Shown: positions 48,597-58,537, numbered from the stretch's first letter. The stretch: 64,000 nt of DNA from a virus (IMGVR_UViG_3300028048_003180:44710-108709); one strand, 5' to 3'. Translations and numbers: made by a program. The notes: generated from the letters alone by a model not told the origin.

Positions 48597-48625
48597 AGGG
48601 TACCCGTTCAGATTTTTTTTAGGAA
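48597..48625 (-). promoter_or_regulatory. Putative late promoter TTCCTA-A7-N10-TACCCT
   Basis: Same architecture as 1894 and 18784. Confidence 0.45.
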
Positions 48626-49185
48626 TTTTCGAGCAATTTTTTGATTTTCCTCCGGGAAAGCCTCCAGATGGCGAGTTTCTCCCCTTTTCTGAGGGCACTT
48701 TTTGTCTTCTGGTAGGAAAGCCAGTCGGCTATGGTTCCGGCCAGCCTTACCCTTTCAAACCTCCTGTGCAGCCCAGCCTCCGCCACCCTCACCCTGGCAA
48801 TGGCCTCGTGCATGTGCAGGGGTTCGTCCCAGAGTATTATGTCAAATTTTTCAAGACACTTAAGCTCTTCCGGCTTGAAATATTCAGCAGGAATAAACCT
48901 GATTAGGCCTTTACTGGTCATGTCGCAAATCTTTCTGGTCGGGTGGAAGAAATGGATTTCATCAAACGGATGTTCTCTGGCTATAGCCATCAATTCGTCA
49001 AATTTGTACTTGCACAGAACTCCATTTTGTGCTACGTACAAAATGGCTTTACCTTTGGCCATTTGATGTATTGCATACCTGTCAATGACGTAAGATTTTC
49101 CGGTCCTTCTTGCCCCTGTAAGGACAAGAAAACGTCTCCTTGAGTGAAAAAAGAACCATTGCCTTAAAGAAAGTCGGCTTTTCAT
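48619..49185 (-). CDS. Small P-loop NTPase (terminase-ATPase-like domain only)
   Basis: LTGARRTGKS, ILYVA, IILWDE. Confidence 0.6.
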   Translation of the reverse strand: MKSRLSLRQWFFFHSRRRFLVLTGARRTGKSYVIDRYAIHQMAKGKAILYVAQNGVLCKYKFDELMAIAREHPFDEIHFFHPTRKICDMTSKGLIRFIPAEYFKPEELKCLEKFDIILWDEPLHMHEAIARVRVAEAGLHRRFERVRLAGTIADWLSYQKTKSALRKGEKLAIWRLSRRKIKKLLENS

Positions 49186-49832
49186 AAATCCTCCTTAGTG
49201 TTCTCTGCTTCAAAAAACTTGATTGTACAATCCATTTCCTCCATCCGCAGCTTTCCGTCTGTGCCTGGAAACAGCCTTGCATCAATCCCTTTCGCAAGGA
49301 TAAAAACCCCTCTCTTTGACAGTTCGGACAGCAGCCCATCCACTTTGTCAAGTTCTATTCCTTTTTTGGAAAAACGGCACGAAGCAGGTTTCTCGCACTC
49401 TTTTTTTAACAATTCAACAAGCCTGTCTTTAATTTCAACTCTCGTTTTGTCTCCAACCACAAAGGGTATTCCCAAAAAAGTATTGACATTTCCTTTGTCA
49501 GTACTGAACACGCATGAGTATCTTTCTTCGATGGCTTTCACCATATTTTCAGAAATGGTTATGTAAAGGAATAAACTGTCATCCAGTCCTCTGGAGCGAA
49601 TTTCTTCCCTTTTGGAAAATATGGCTTCCTTTAATTCTTCGATGGATGTAATCTCCGCATCTTCATCTTCTTCCGGCTTGATACGGTATTCATATCTTGT
49701 ACCTTCGTTTATGCCATCTTCATCATCAACATCGTACCAATCATCATATCCGACTACTTTATACTGTAGTTTCTTTCCTTCCGCATAAGCCTGTATTATA
49801 GGCAGCAATTCCTTTGCTCGTTCACGATTCAT
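49182..49832 (-). CDS. Hypothetical protein
   Basis: ELLPIIQAYAEGK..Q...W......YRIKP N-terminal motif common in phages. Confidence 0.65.
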   Translation of the reverse strand: MNRERAKELLPIIQAYAEGKKLQYKVVGYDDWYDVDDEDGINEGTRYEYRIKPEEDEDAEITSIEELKEAIFSKREEIRSRGLDDSLFLYITISENMVKAIEERYSCVFSTDKGNVNTFLGIPFVVGDKTRVEIKDRLVELLKKECEKPASCRFSKKGIELDKVDGLLSELSKRGVFILAKGIDARLFPGTDGKLRMEEMDCTIKFFEAENTKEDL

Positions 49833-50014
49833 TTTTACAACCTCCTTATATCTTGTAACCAGGAATCATAACCTTTGCAATAAAAGGTTTCCTTTGCCTT
49901 TCTAGCAGCTTCTTCACCAGAAAAAGCTCTAATAAAAAGTTTTTCTACATGCTCATCATTATTACTACCATATTGTTCGCCTGACATTTCTATCTCCTCC
50001 GTCCTCTTATTGTT

Positions 50015-50482
50015 TTAGTAATGACATCTTACTTTCTTGGAGTTCTTTTCTATCATTTTAAGTAATTTGTCACTGTATTTATCACTAAACTTCATAGGTA
50101 AAAAATTTTCATTCCAATGATACGAAAACATCTCATTATAATCATCGTGAATGGTTATGTTGAAATCAAAAACCAAAACGTTTTTACTTAGGTAATCCAT
50201 AAATTCAAAAAATTCGTTTTGGGTTTGTTTTAAAATCCTGTCTCTTAAATTGCCATAAATTGTGATGATATATTGTGTATAATATCTTTTCACGCCCCTT
50301 TCATCACAGATAGACATATTTGAAATGCCGCTGTTCTGAAAAATAACTGACATATCCATTTCAGAGCCGGTAACTTTCGGAGCATTTTTAATGACGGATT
50401 CAATATGCTTTGTGTTGTTTTTTTTTGTAAGATAACAGCCTTCAATCTTTATTGCACCCAAAATATGCGTCCATCTACTCAT
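50015..50482 (-). CDS. Hypothetical protein
   Basis: MS.WTHI.G...P..TGSE...G.LRDR. Confidence 0.65.
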   Translation of the reverse strand: MSRWTHILGAIKIEGCYLTKKNNTKHIESVIKNAPKVTGSEMDMSVIFQNSGISNMSICDERGVKRYYTQYIITIYGNLRDRILKQTQNEFFEFMDYLSKNVLVFDFNITIHDDYNEMFSYHWNENFLPMKFSDKYSDKLLKMIEKNSKKVRCHY

Positions 50483-51219
50483 ATCGCCTCCCCGAACAAA
50501 GTTCCCACGCCGTTTATTTCGTCCTGCCTTGCCTTTATCCGTTCGAAAGCAAGGTTGAAATATCCTTCATTCTTCTCTATCCCAATGAAATTCCTCTTGT
50601 TATTGAGGCAGGCTATTCCCGTAGAGCCGCTTCCCATGAACGGGTCAAGCACCACGCCTCCTTCCGGGCATGATGTCCTTACAAACCTTTCAAGCAATTC
50701 CACTGGCTTCTCAGCAGGATGCATCCTTTTCTGGCAGCTTGTAACAAAGGTTTTCTTGTAATCATCTGGACTCAATCCGCTTCCCTGGAAATACGTTCCC
50801 TTATCCCTTATAAGCACTATGTACTCAAGGTCGGAGACGTGGTGCGTCGAATGGGCCGGGATTGGGTTAGCTTTAATCATGCACAAAATGTCATAGGAAT
50901 ACTTTCTGCTTTTTGCCCATTCTATATAGTCAGCTACAAGCGTCTTGTTGCAGAAGAAATAGCCGTAGAACCTCTTCAGCTTTGGTTTAATCAGGTCAAG
51001 AAAGACAGACGGGGTAAACTTGACTGAATCCAAAGTCTCCAGTTCCTTAAGCATTGTCAGAGCCCTTTTTCTTCCGTATCTCCCTTCATTTTTGGCGGAG
51101 AACATTCCCCCGCCGTGAACCTGACCGCAAAAATCATAGGGAGGGTCAGTGATAACCAAGTCTATGGAGTTGTCTGGGAGAGTAGGGATTATCTCGTAAC
51201 AGTCGCCTTGTACAAGCAT
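50479..51219 (-). CDS. N4/N6 DNA methyltransferase (beta class)
   Basis: TDPPY; HPAEKP; VLDPFMGSGSTG. Confidence 0.93.
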   Translation of the reverse strand: MLVQGDCYEIIPTLPDNSIDLVITDPPYDFCGQVHGGGMFSAKNEGRYGRKRALTMLKELETLDSVKFTPSVFLDLIKPKLKRFYGYFFCNKTLVADYIEWAKSRKYSYDILCMIKANPIPAHSTHHVSDLEYIVLIRDKGTYFQGSGLSPDDYKKTFVTSCQKRMHPAEKPVELLERFVRTSCPEGGVVLDPFMGSGSTGIACLNNKRNFIGIEKNEGYFNLAFERIKARQDEINGVGTLFGEAI

Positions 51220-51234
51220 GTATTACACACTCCT

Positions 51235-51513
51235 TTATATATGTACTTTAACATCAAGCATGATACGCATATCTTCAATACACTGGTTGTATCCTTCTTT
51301 ATAAGCTTCTTCTAAATCCCCATAGGTCAGGCACATCTCTCCCTGCTGAAGACAATCAATTCTATTCGCATAACAAGTGGCTTTTTCATCAACAGCTGAT
51401 GACAGCATTTTGCATTTACAAAAATTCAATGATACATCACCAAATTTGTCTTTTATTTCTTCAAGCTCCTTTATGAGTCCAGAAACTGACTTTGATTCAA
51501 CTTCTTCTTTCAT
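51235..51513 (-). CDS. Hypothetical protein
   Basis: AGGAG SD. Confidence 0.55.
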   Translation of the reverse strand: MKEEVESKSVSGLIKELEEIKDKFGDVSLNFCKCKMLSSAVDEKATCYANRIDCLQQGEMCLTYGDLEEAYKEGYNQCIEDMRIMLDVKVHI

Positions 51514-51569
51514 GCGACAATCTCCTTTGATATGAGTTTATGGATGTAATCCACTCCTTTCTGTCTTTC

Positions 51570-52001
51570 CTAGAATATATCCTCCGGCACCTCCTTCAGG
51601 AATCTTTCAGCCCTTTTCCTGCTTGTGTCGTCTTTGTGCTCGACCAAATCTTTAAGCAGAGCCTTGTAGTAGTCAAGGTCGGCCCTGAGCCTTTCTTCGG
51701 TTGCTGTTTCCTTCTGCCTGTCAAGCGGAGTCAGCTGCATTTCTATGTAGCAGTTGAATCCGTCAAGCTTGCAGAAACCGTCATTTCTCACCATTGTTTG
51801 TATCTTGTATTTGACACCCCTGCTTATGACGGTGAGGGTCCTTGCATCGTCCAGGTCAAGGACAACACCTTCGTCTTTTTCTTTCTGCTTCTTCCTTAAA
51901 AGTCTTTCTTTCAGTTGCCTTGCCCCAAGGCTGCCCTGGGAGTCCAACTCCCTCAAAGCTGCCATAACATTGTCAAATTCATAATCCGTCAGTGTTACCA
52001 T
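51570..52001 (-). CDS. Hypothetical protein
   Basis: GAGG SD. Confidence 0.6.
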   Translation of the reverse strand: MVTLTDYEFDNVMAALRELDSQGSLGARQLKERLLRKKQKEKDEGVVLDLDDARTLTVISRGVKYKIQTMVRNDGFCKLDGFNCYIEMQLTPLDRQKETATEERLRADLDYYKALLKDLVEHKDDTSRKRAERFLKEVPEDIF

Positions 52002-52414
52002 TCTTAACCTCCTCCATTATTTCAAATCATCCTCACCGCCTTTGAACTCCAAATAATCCTTAACGCCAATCAGGGCATGAACGGCTTTTGCCAAGGCTTG
52101 TGCAGCGGTGAAATATCTCTGCCTCAGCTCAAACGGAAGGTCATTGCCAGCCCTTGTCAAGTCAGAATAATCCAAAAGAACCTTCTTCAGATGGTTAAGC
52201 TCGCTGACTAACTCGCCTACTGAATCACTGTCAAACAAATCGTCCTTCACGTTTTCTCCTCGCTGCTGATTTTGTCAACTTCATCTTTTATCCTTTTCCT
52301 TTCTGACGGGGTAAAGAAAAGCACCCGCTTCAGCTTGTCCTTGCCTTTTGCCTTCAAAGCCCAATATCCGCAGTAAGAGTTCTTCAACTTGCGTTTCTTC
52401 TTTTCACTCGCCAT

Positions 52415-53413
52415 TCAGTAAATATCCTCCGGTATGTTCCCCTCTTCTGCAGCCATCTCCGCAAGGCTCCTTGTGTCCACAATCGAGTGCTTCTCAACTT
52501 TTACGTCGTGCTCCTCGCTGTCGGAGTATGAAAGGGCCTTGATGACCTCTTCCTGGCTGTAGCCGTCACGAATCATCTCGCGGCCCTTGTTGAAGAGCCT
52601 CCTTGCCCTCTCCACCCTCGGCTTGAGCCAGGGCGCACCCTGCCACGGGACTTCCATTCCGTTGACGTTTACGATTATCCTCTGGCAACCGTCGAACACG
52701 GCATCCCAGCTTATGCCGTGCTGGATGTCCAGGTGTACCTGGTGGAGTGCCCTGTACAGGTTCCATGACTGGTTGACGAGCCATTCAAATCCCCTTCCCT
52801 CGCCCCTTGATACTATGTGGCACACGTCGCCTCCCAACGCCCCCGTGCACATGCAGAACCTGTTCTTATCCGCCCACTCCTCAAGTGAGAGCGGGGTTCC
52901 GTCTTCATGGTAGTCGGAGGGGTCTTTGTACAGTGAGTTCTTTTCGCCCTGAAGCCATGTGAATATGTCGCTCACTGAGCCTCCGACCGCTTCGGGTATG
53001 TGGTTGGATTCCATTATGAGCGTCACCATCTTCGAGATGACCTCTATCCCTTCCTGCTTCGTGAGCTCAGACCATCCCTTCGGTTTCATCTTTCCCTCGC
53101 GGGCTGTGTCAGGACGGACAGGGAAAAGCTCCGGCTTGAGAAGGTCTTCATACCACCACTCAAGCTGCTTGGAGGTCGGTGCGTAGCCTTCGTTGAAGGT
53201 CTGGTAATGGAGTGCGGCGAGGGCCCAGAAGGTTTTTGTCTGGTCATAGGTCTTGGGCTGTGCCCTGTTCATAACCCTGACGCGCACAATGCGCCCCTTC
53301 TTCTCGTCAACGAATCCGTTGAGGAGTGACCTGTCCGTACCTGTCCTTGGCATTAACATGAACTTTCCACCTTTAGTTGGCTGCACGAAGCAGCTTGCCT
53401 CTACGACTTCCAT
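52415..53413 (-). CDS. NinB-like recombination protein fused to HNH-like domain
   Basis: KTYDQ...FWAL...SELTK.E; CMCTG...CHIVSRG...H...H. Confidence 0.55.
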   Translation of the reverse strand: MEVVEASCFVQPTKGGKFMLMPRTGTDRSLLNGFVDEKKGRIVRVRVMNRAQPKTYDQTKTFWALAALHYQTFNEGYAPTSKQLEWWYEDLLKPELFPVRPDTAREGKMKPKGWSELTKQEGIEVISKMVTLIMESNHIPEAVGGSVSDIFTWLQGEKNSLYKDPSDYHEDGTPLSLEEWADKNRFCMCTGALGGDVCHIVSRGEGRGFEWLVNQSWNLYRALHQVHLDIQHGISWDAVFDGCQRIIVNVNGMEVPWQGAPWLKPRVERARRLFNKGREMIRDGYSQEEVIKALSYSDSEEHDVKVEKHSIVDTRSLAEMAAEEGNIPEDIY

Positions 53414-53424
53414 GCAAACACTCC

Positions 53425-53772
53425 TTATGACTCCCTAAAGATATAGTCAGGGTACTGCCACTGCACGAGGGCTTTCTTTAAGCTATACACCGGATTTTTT
53501 CGCGTGATAAAGGATTTGACATCTTCAATGACAGCCTTTCCTCTTTCCTCGTAAACGAAATCTGCGATGTAAAATCTTTCCCTTTTGTTCCCACCTGCCT
53601 TTGGACAGATAGAAAATTTTACCTGAAGCTTCAGCCCGGATATAAGCCCGCCCTTTTCCATCATTTTAAGTTCAAGATACCTTGCGGATTCCTTCTTGCT
53701 ATCAAAGGTTATCCCATCCACTACGGTCTTCTTGTTGTGATACTTACTGCCTGTATGTTTGTACGGAAACAT
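53425..53772 (-). CDS. DUF1064-family PD-(D/E)XK nuclease
   Basis: SKYHNKKTVVDGITFDSKKES.RY.EL; YIADFVY; EDVK. Confidence 0.85.
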   Translation of the reverse strand: MFPYKHTGSKYHNKKTVVDGITFDSKKESARYLELKMMEKGGLISGLKLQVKFSICPKAGGNKRERFYIADFVYEERGKAVIEDVKSFITRKNPVYSLKKALVQWQYPDYIFRES

Positions 53773-53940
53773 GTATCTTTTCAACTCCAGTAAGGGGGTT
53801 CCCGGACTTAGCACCGGGCAAAAGGGTTAGAAGCCCTTTCTGCACTATGCGCCCCCTTCCGTTACGACGGTGCGCCTGTTTGCCCACAGATGGGATTTTG
53901 AGAAACTGACAAAACAAAGATGGCTTGTTATGTCGTCTGT

Positions 53941-54008
53941 GCTGCCGCAGGAGTCGGACCTGCGGGCGTGTTAGAGGTGCTTAGACCACGCCGGATTCCC
54001 TCCGCAGC
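53941..54008 (-). ncRNA. Degenerate tRNA-like element
   Basis: gctgc/gcagc acceptor-like stem; T-arm cgcagg-tccgact-cctgcg; ggcgtg/cacgcc arm; no canonical D arm or anticodon loop. Confidence 0.45.
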
Positions 54009-54192
54009 TAATGTAAGGGGAAGGTTTTTTGTTTAGCAGTACACCTACAAACCGCATCCAGTGAATCCCGCTGGTAGGTCCGGCATTTCAAGCCAACTAC
54101 TGCCCATTCGGGCTTTCGCAGGCCAAGCCTGGAAACGGCTGATTATGGCCAGCCGTTCAGCCATTATTTCTCTGCTACTCAATCATCGTATG

Positions 54193-54558
54193 TCATTTTT
54201 CTACCCCTGCTTTATTAAAGCATTCAAATAGCTTGGGGAATTGTTTTGCAATCCAATCTGTAAGCATCTCGTCTCTAGCCCATGAGCAACATTCTGCAAG
54301 TCCGCTTTCCTCAAAGAATGCATGTACAATTTCGTGTCTTATAACTTTTCTTCCGTAAGACGGCAAATCTTTCACACATGAAGCATCTTCTGTCGGCAGG
54401 AACAGAGTTTTGCATATATGAATTTCATGTACGGACGAGTCACAATATCCATCATTTCCTTTCATAGTTGGATTGTCTTTTTCCGTGTCATAAACTATTT
54501 TGTATTCAGTCCCAAGCACATTTGCTGTGTCTGGCAGAACATGATTATTTATTTTCAT
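54193..54558 (-). CDS. HExxH metallopeptidase-like protein
   Basis: DGYCD...I.I...RHEIVHAFF.ESG. Confidence 0.75.
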   Translation of the reverse strand: MKINNHVLPDTANVLGTEYKIVYDTEKDNPTMKGNDGYCDSSVHEIHICKTLFLPTEDASCVKDLPSYGRKVIRHEIVHAFFEESGLAECCSWARDEMLTDWIAKQFPKLFECFNKAGVEK

Positions 54559-54750
54559 CCTCTTTACTTCTCCATCCTTCTACATATCCTGCGACAAATA
54601 TTACTTGCGCAAAACCTTTCAATCCATCATCAATCTTTTCTCCGAATGCAATTTTTGCCGCAAACCAGTATTGCTCAAAAACCTTCTTGGCTTCTTCTTT
54701 TAACCTGTCGTCCGTCATGTTCATGTTATTCTCCCGTTAAACCTTTCCCT

Positions 54751-55137
54751 CTAATAAAATTCAACTGTATTTTTCAGCGTAATGGAGAACTCCCCGGTTT
54801 GCTCGGAAGTCATGCTGGCAATCCTTACGCCGCAGACAAGCTTATCCTTGAAGTAGACTTCCCATTTTCCGTTTGCCTGAATCGAACGGGCCCCGTCCAT
54901 CCATTCAGTAAACGGAAGGTTGTTTTTCGCCCTGTATTCGTCACACTTCCTTTCGATGTAGGCATTTATTTTCTTTCCTATTTCGTCTGCCAGCAGCTTT
55001 TGTTTTTCCCAGTAAGCTTGAAGAGCGGTCAAGCCTCGGAAAGCCTGCTTCCATTGAGTCTCATTCTCCTTCCAGTCATCGGGAGTGGCCTTCTTGACGC
55101 CATGAAAATCAACATGAAAATCAAATGGCTCGCTCAT
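54751..55137 (-). CDS. Hypothetical protein
   Basis: In operon, overlapping start/stop. Confidence 0.55.
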   Translation of the reverse strand: MSEPFDFHVDFHGVKKATPDDWKENETQWKQAFRGLTALQAYWEKQKLLADEIGKKINAYIERKCDEYRAKNNLPFTEWMDGARSIQANGKWEVYFKDKLVCGVRIASMTSEQTGEFSITLKNTVEFY

Positions 55138-55472
55138 TTTCCGTCTGCCTCAACCTTGAACTTTCCCGCACTGTCAAGGCTTATGTACTCTATCCCGTCA
55201 GTGTCCATCATCCTATACATGAACGGATGTGCCTTTATATGCGCAACCTTTTTGTTTATATCCGCAGCATCAAGCGCAGTCAGATATTGTATGTTCTTTG
55301 ACAGCTCCCTTACTGAGTTGATTTTTAGGAAAAGGGAAACAGATTGAAGTCCGAAAAATAGCACGAAACAAATGCCATACCCAAAAAGATATGGCCCCAT
55401 ATCGTTATTCTTACGCAAAAGGATTATTCCCAGCAAGGTTACGACCCCTGATATAATAAGCATTGGTATCAT
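55134..55472 (-). CDS. Two-TM membrane protein
   Basis: Two hydrophobic helices. Confidence 0.6.
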   Translation of the reverse strand: MIPMLIISGVVTLLGIILLRKNNDMGPYLFGYGICFVLFFGLQSVSLFLKINSVRELSKNIQYLTALDAADINKKVAHIKAHPFMYRMMDTDGIEYISLDSAGKFKVEADGK

Positions 55473-55483
55473 GTAGGCCTTCC

Positions 55484-56152
55484 TTAGTATGGCTCGGCGC
55501 GTTTTTCCAGCCGCTCTTCGTACTCTTCTTTTGTTATTTCAACCATGTTTTCTTCTTCGGTGTCAGCGAAATACCTGCCTATATTGACCCGCTTTCCTCT
55601 CGGCGTAACGACATAATGGACAGCCCTTGTGTTGTAGTCTTCGTTGTCCCGCGGGAACCCTATTGCAGAAAAATCTTCCGTATAAAGCTTAAACCGTCCC
55701 GTCGGCGGATAATAAGGCATTGTTATCGGGAACATATCGTCAATGATGTTGGTGACGGAGCCAATATATCCGTGGCCGCTCGTGTCATAAGCCACAGCCC
55801 TTTCAACGTCGTGGTATTTAACCGTGCCGTCCTTGTAGACCTTTTTGAACAAACTGGGCATTCTACTGCACTGGTATTCAGTATAGTCTTCCTTCTTGAA
55901 GTTAATCTCACTCCATGTGTCTTCCGTGTCCTCAATCGGGGTGAGCGGCTGTCCGTTCATAAGGCGGATAAGTATACCCCTTGTTATTGCAAAGGAATTG
56001 TTACTGTGCCCGTCCTCGCACAAAGACTTGTATGCCTTCAGTGCTGACTGGTAGCATCCGCATCCGTAATCAAAGTCTGTCCCGTTCCAGTCAGGGTTTT
56101 CCTTCTTGCAGGCAATCCTGACTTCATTCTCTGCCCATCCACTCATGCTCAT
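55484..56152 (-). CDS. Conserved phage hypothetical protein
   Basis: DGHS..S...PLTPIED...W...YQC.R..SLFK; FPITMPY. Confidence 0.75.
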   Translation of the reverse strand: MSMSGWAENEVRIACKKENPDWNGTDFDYGCGCYQSALKAYKSLCEDGHSNNSFAITRGILIRLMNGQPLTPIEDTEDTWSEINFKKEDYTEYQCSRMPSLFKKVYKDGTVKYHDVERAVAYDTSGHGYIGSVTNIIDDMFPITMPYYPPTGRFKLYTEDFSAIGFPRDNEDYNTRAVHYVVTPRGKRVNIGRYFADTEEENMVEITKEEYEERLEKRAEPY

Positions 56153-56559
56153 GTTAAATTCTCCTCAATCAGTTCTTTCAGTTCGTCTAATTTATCAGCG
56201 TTGCACAGTCTGATAATCTCCGCTTTCAAATCGTCAGTGTACTTGATGTAACGGTAAGCCATGCTTCCCATCTGATTTGCCTCCTGCTCGTGATTGCACA
56301 AAAGAAATGAATCATAGGAATAAGGGTCGTCACAAGTCCATACATTATGATGCTTCCAATGATGTTTCTGGCACTGCGCATAAGCATTTGGCGGATAGAA
56401 CCGCAGGCTAGGACTTGAACCGACAGTGTAAAAGTGACTGCACTCAAGCTGACCGCAACACGGCTCATAGTCACGTACCATGCACCTTCCGTCTCTACGC
56501 TTGATTGCGGAATTAAACGCTTCCTGCACCTTGTCTATGCTGATTTTATGCTTTCTCAT
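56149..56559 (-). CDS. NinG-like HNH nuclease
   Basis: RRD..C; LECSHFY......LRF...N..AQC..HH. Confidence 0.7.
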   Translation of the reverse strand: MRKHKISIDKVQEAFNSAIKRRDGRCMVRDYEPCCGQLECSHFYTVGSSPSLRFYPPNAYAQCQKHHWKHHNVWTCDDPYSYDSFLLCNHEQEANQMGSMAYRYIKYTDDLKAEIIRLCNADKLDELKELIEENLT

Positions 56560-56860
56560 ACATCATCTTCATCTTCAGTTTCGTGGCAATCTCGTGCTCA
56601 AGCTTCGCACCCTTTGATTTCTCCCAGCCCTTCAGCATGTATATTCCGTCGCAACTCAAGAGGAGTTCTATGTCTCCCCTCATGTAATTTTCCCACTTTG
56701 GAGATTTCCCTGCCTCTGCATATTTTTTCTCGAGGTATTTCCCGAAATCAACAGGATTGATTGTTCCATACCCCAGCCCGGCAAGGTGCTCTTCCGCCTT
56801 TGCAAAACGGGCTTCATAGTCCTTAGCCATTGTTATCGGGCCGCTTATGTATACTTTCAC
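56546..56860 (-). CDS. DUF4406 (nucleoside deoxyribosyltransferase-like)
   Basis: VYISGPIT...INP...CDGIYMLKGWEKSKGAKLE. Confidence 0.85.
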   Translation of the reverse strand: MKVYISGPITMAKDYEARFAKAEEHLAGLGYGTINPVDFGKYLEKKYAEAGKSPKWENYMRGDIELLLSCDGIYMLKGWEKSKGAKLEHEIATKLKMKMMYEKA

Positions 56861-57012
56861 CTGAACCTCTAAAAAAAAAGTCCTGTCACCTGCATGTACC
56901 CGTCTCCGGGCCGCGTACACACACAGGCAAAAGGACTAAGGAAATCAAATCTCAACTAATCCGAAAAGATTTGTGTAAGCACGCGAATTGCATAAATCTT
57001 CTCTATGACTTT

Positions 57013-57041
57013 ATAATATACGTACGTGCTTTAATTGTCAA
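57013..57041 (-). promoter_or_regulatory. sigma70 promoter TTGACA-17-TATTAT
   Basis: Near consensus. Confidence 0.7.
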
Positions 57042-57080
57042 TACTGAAACAGAACATTTGCGCCATTTCAGCATTTTTTT

Positions 57081-57479
57081 TCAGCCGAAGTTCAGGGCCA
57101 GCTGCATTTCGGAGCATGGCTTCAACCGTGAGATTTTAAGCTTAAGCATGTTCTCCTTGTGGGAAACCCACTCTAGGTTTGATATGGAGTTGTTCTTCGT
57201 GTTGCCGTCTATGTGGTTCACCTCAAGGTTCCTGACGCTTATGCCCGGGCCTGCCTTGAAGTTCAGTGCGACGAGCCTGTGGACTTTGATGGCCACTCTC
57301 ACCCCTTCCGTGTCGTACATCTTGAAGCGGAGGTAGCCGAGCCCCCGGTTGTCGGAGTAGTACGGCATGGGCTTCCGGTCGGAAACGCGGCGGACGTTCC
57401 CCCATGATGAGACTTCCCATTCCCCTGAGAAGCTGTGGCCCTGGTATTCCGTGATTTTCTTCCAAAGTTCCTGTGACAT
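57081..57479 (-). CDS. NUMOD4-HNH endonuclease
   Basis: W..I..Y...EVSSWGNVR; VHRLVA; VNHIDGNTKNN...NLEW....EN. Confidence 0.9.
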   Translation of the reverse strand: MSQELWKKITEYQGHSFSGEWEVSSWGNVRRVSDRKPMPYYSDNRGLGYLRFKMYDTEGVRVAIKVHRLVALNFKAGPGISVRNLEVNHIDGNTKNNSISNLEWVSHKENMLKLKISRLKPCSEMQLALNFG

Positions 57480-57495
57480 GCCGCTATCCCTCCGT

Positions 57496-57795
57496 TTATT
57501 TTATGTGTTCCTTTTCCCATTCTGACAGAGTGAGGCAGGAGCCGTCGGGCTTCATAATGGGTGTTATGCCCATTCTATACCCAGTTGAGTAAGCAAAGTA
57601 CAAAACGTCTGTCTTTTTATCCCAAAATATTTTATAAGTGTCATCCCAACAAATTTCCTTCATGTCGCAAAAATCGCTGACAAAGTATTTTATGCGTCCA
57701 TTATGCTCCCTGTCCATAACATAAGGTTCTTCAAGACAGGCCGTGAACATGACTGCCATAGCAAGACACAATATAAAACGCTTCATTGACTTCAT
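57496..57795 (-). CDS. Putative lipoprotein
   Basis: Lipobox-like MFTAC; D..T.V.Y...GITP...PDG. Confidence 0.6.
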   Translation of the reverse strand: MKSMKRFILCLAMAVMFTACLEEPYVMDREHNGRIKYFVSDFCDMKEICWDDTYKIFWDKKTDVLYFAYSTGYRMGITPIMKPDGSCLTLSEWEKEHIK

Positions 57796-58265
57796 ACAAT
57801 TTCTCCATATTTTCTCAATAAACGGCTAAGGTAATCACACAAAACTTCATTGTCCGTTCCGCACATGTCAGCTTTCATGTCCTCACACATTTCTTTGTAT
57901 TTTACATTTTTTTCCTTATTGTCTATGGCCTGTTCTATGCACAGGGCAACGTCGAGGGGTGTGGCATCCTTATGTCCGTGAGCCGCATAATCTTTAATAG
58001 CTTTCAGTAGCTTTTCATCTTCATCTTCGTTTAGTTTCTCCCATGCAGCTTTTGCGTCTTCCCGGTATAATTCAATTTTATCTCCCGAAGTAAGCTTCAA
58101 GGTCAGGTGCGGCAAGACCTCACCATACCCGTTGGGATATTCTGAATCAAACCCGGCACTTGCTATTTTTGCTTTGTTGATAACCAAGTCGGTATATCTC
58201 CGTGAATCCAAATAGAGGTAAGCACTTGTTATTTCGTGCTTACGGATTTTTATAAAGTCATTCAT
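57792..58265 (-). CDS. Hypothetical protein
   Basis: Overlapping start/stop in operon. Confidence 0.55.
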   Translation of the reverse strand: MNDFIKIRKHEITSAYLYLDSRRYTDLVINKAKIASAGFDSEYPNGYGEVLPHLTLKLTSGDKIELYREDAKAAWEKLNEDEDEKLLKAIKDYAAHGHKDATPLDVALCIEQAIDNKEKNVKYKEMCEDMKADMCGTDNEVLCDYLSRLLRKYGEIV

Positions 58266-58537
58266 TTTTCTATCTCCTTCAATTTCCAGTCATCACATTT
58301 TCTCCAACAATTCTTTGGCTCATTTAACTTGTCGCACCAATAAGGGAGGTACTTCATATTATAGTATTTACATGTAGTACAGCATTTCATTTTCTGCATC
58401 TGCAATTCAAGTTCTGCTTCTCGCTGTAAGAGAATCATAGACTGATTAGCCAGATTCTCATTGTCTTTTTTGAGTTCATCAATCTGCGCGTTTAGACGCC
58501 GCCGCTCAAATGCTTTTTCTTCCAGCAATTCCATATC

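Noticed and set aside
48619-49185. Large terminase subunit
   Set aside because: Only 188 aa, no nuclease domain, and not next to portal or head genes.
53941-54008. Functional tRNA gene
   Set aside because: Acceptor stem is only 5 bp, the D arm is absent and the loop is 16 nt rather than a 7-nt anticodon loop; kept only as tRNA-like.
57055-57090. Fifth A8 late-promoter copy on the minus strand
   Set aside because: No TAC/TAT -10 box at the required spacing and a poor -35 box.
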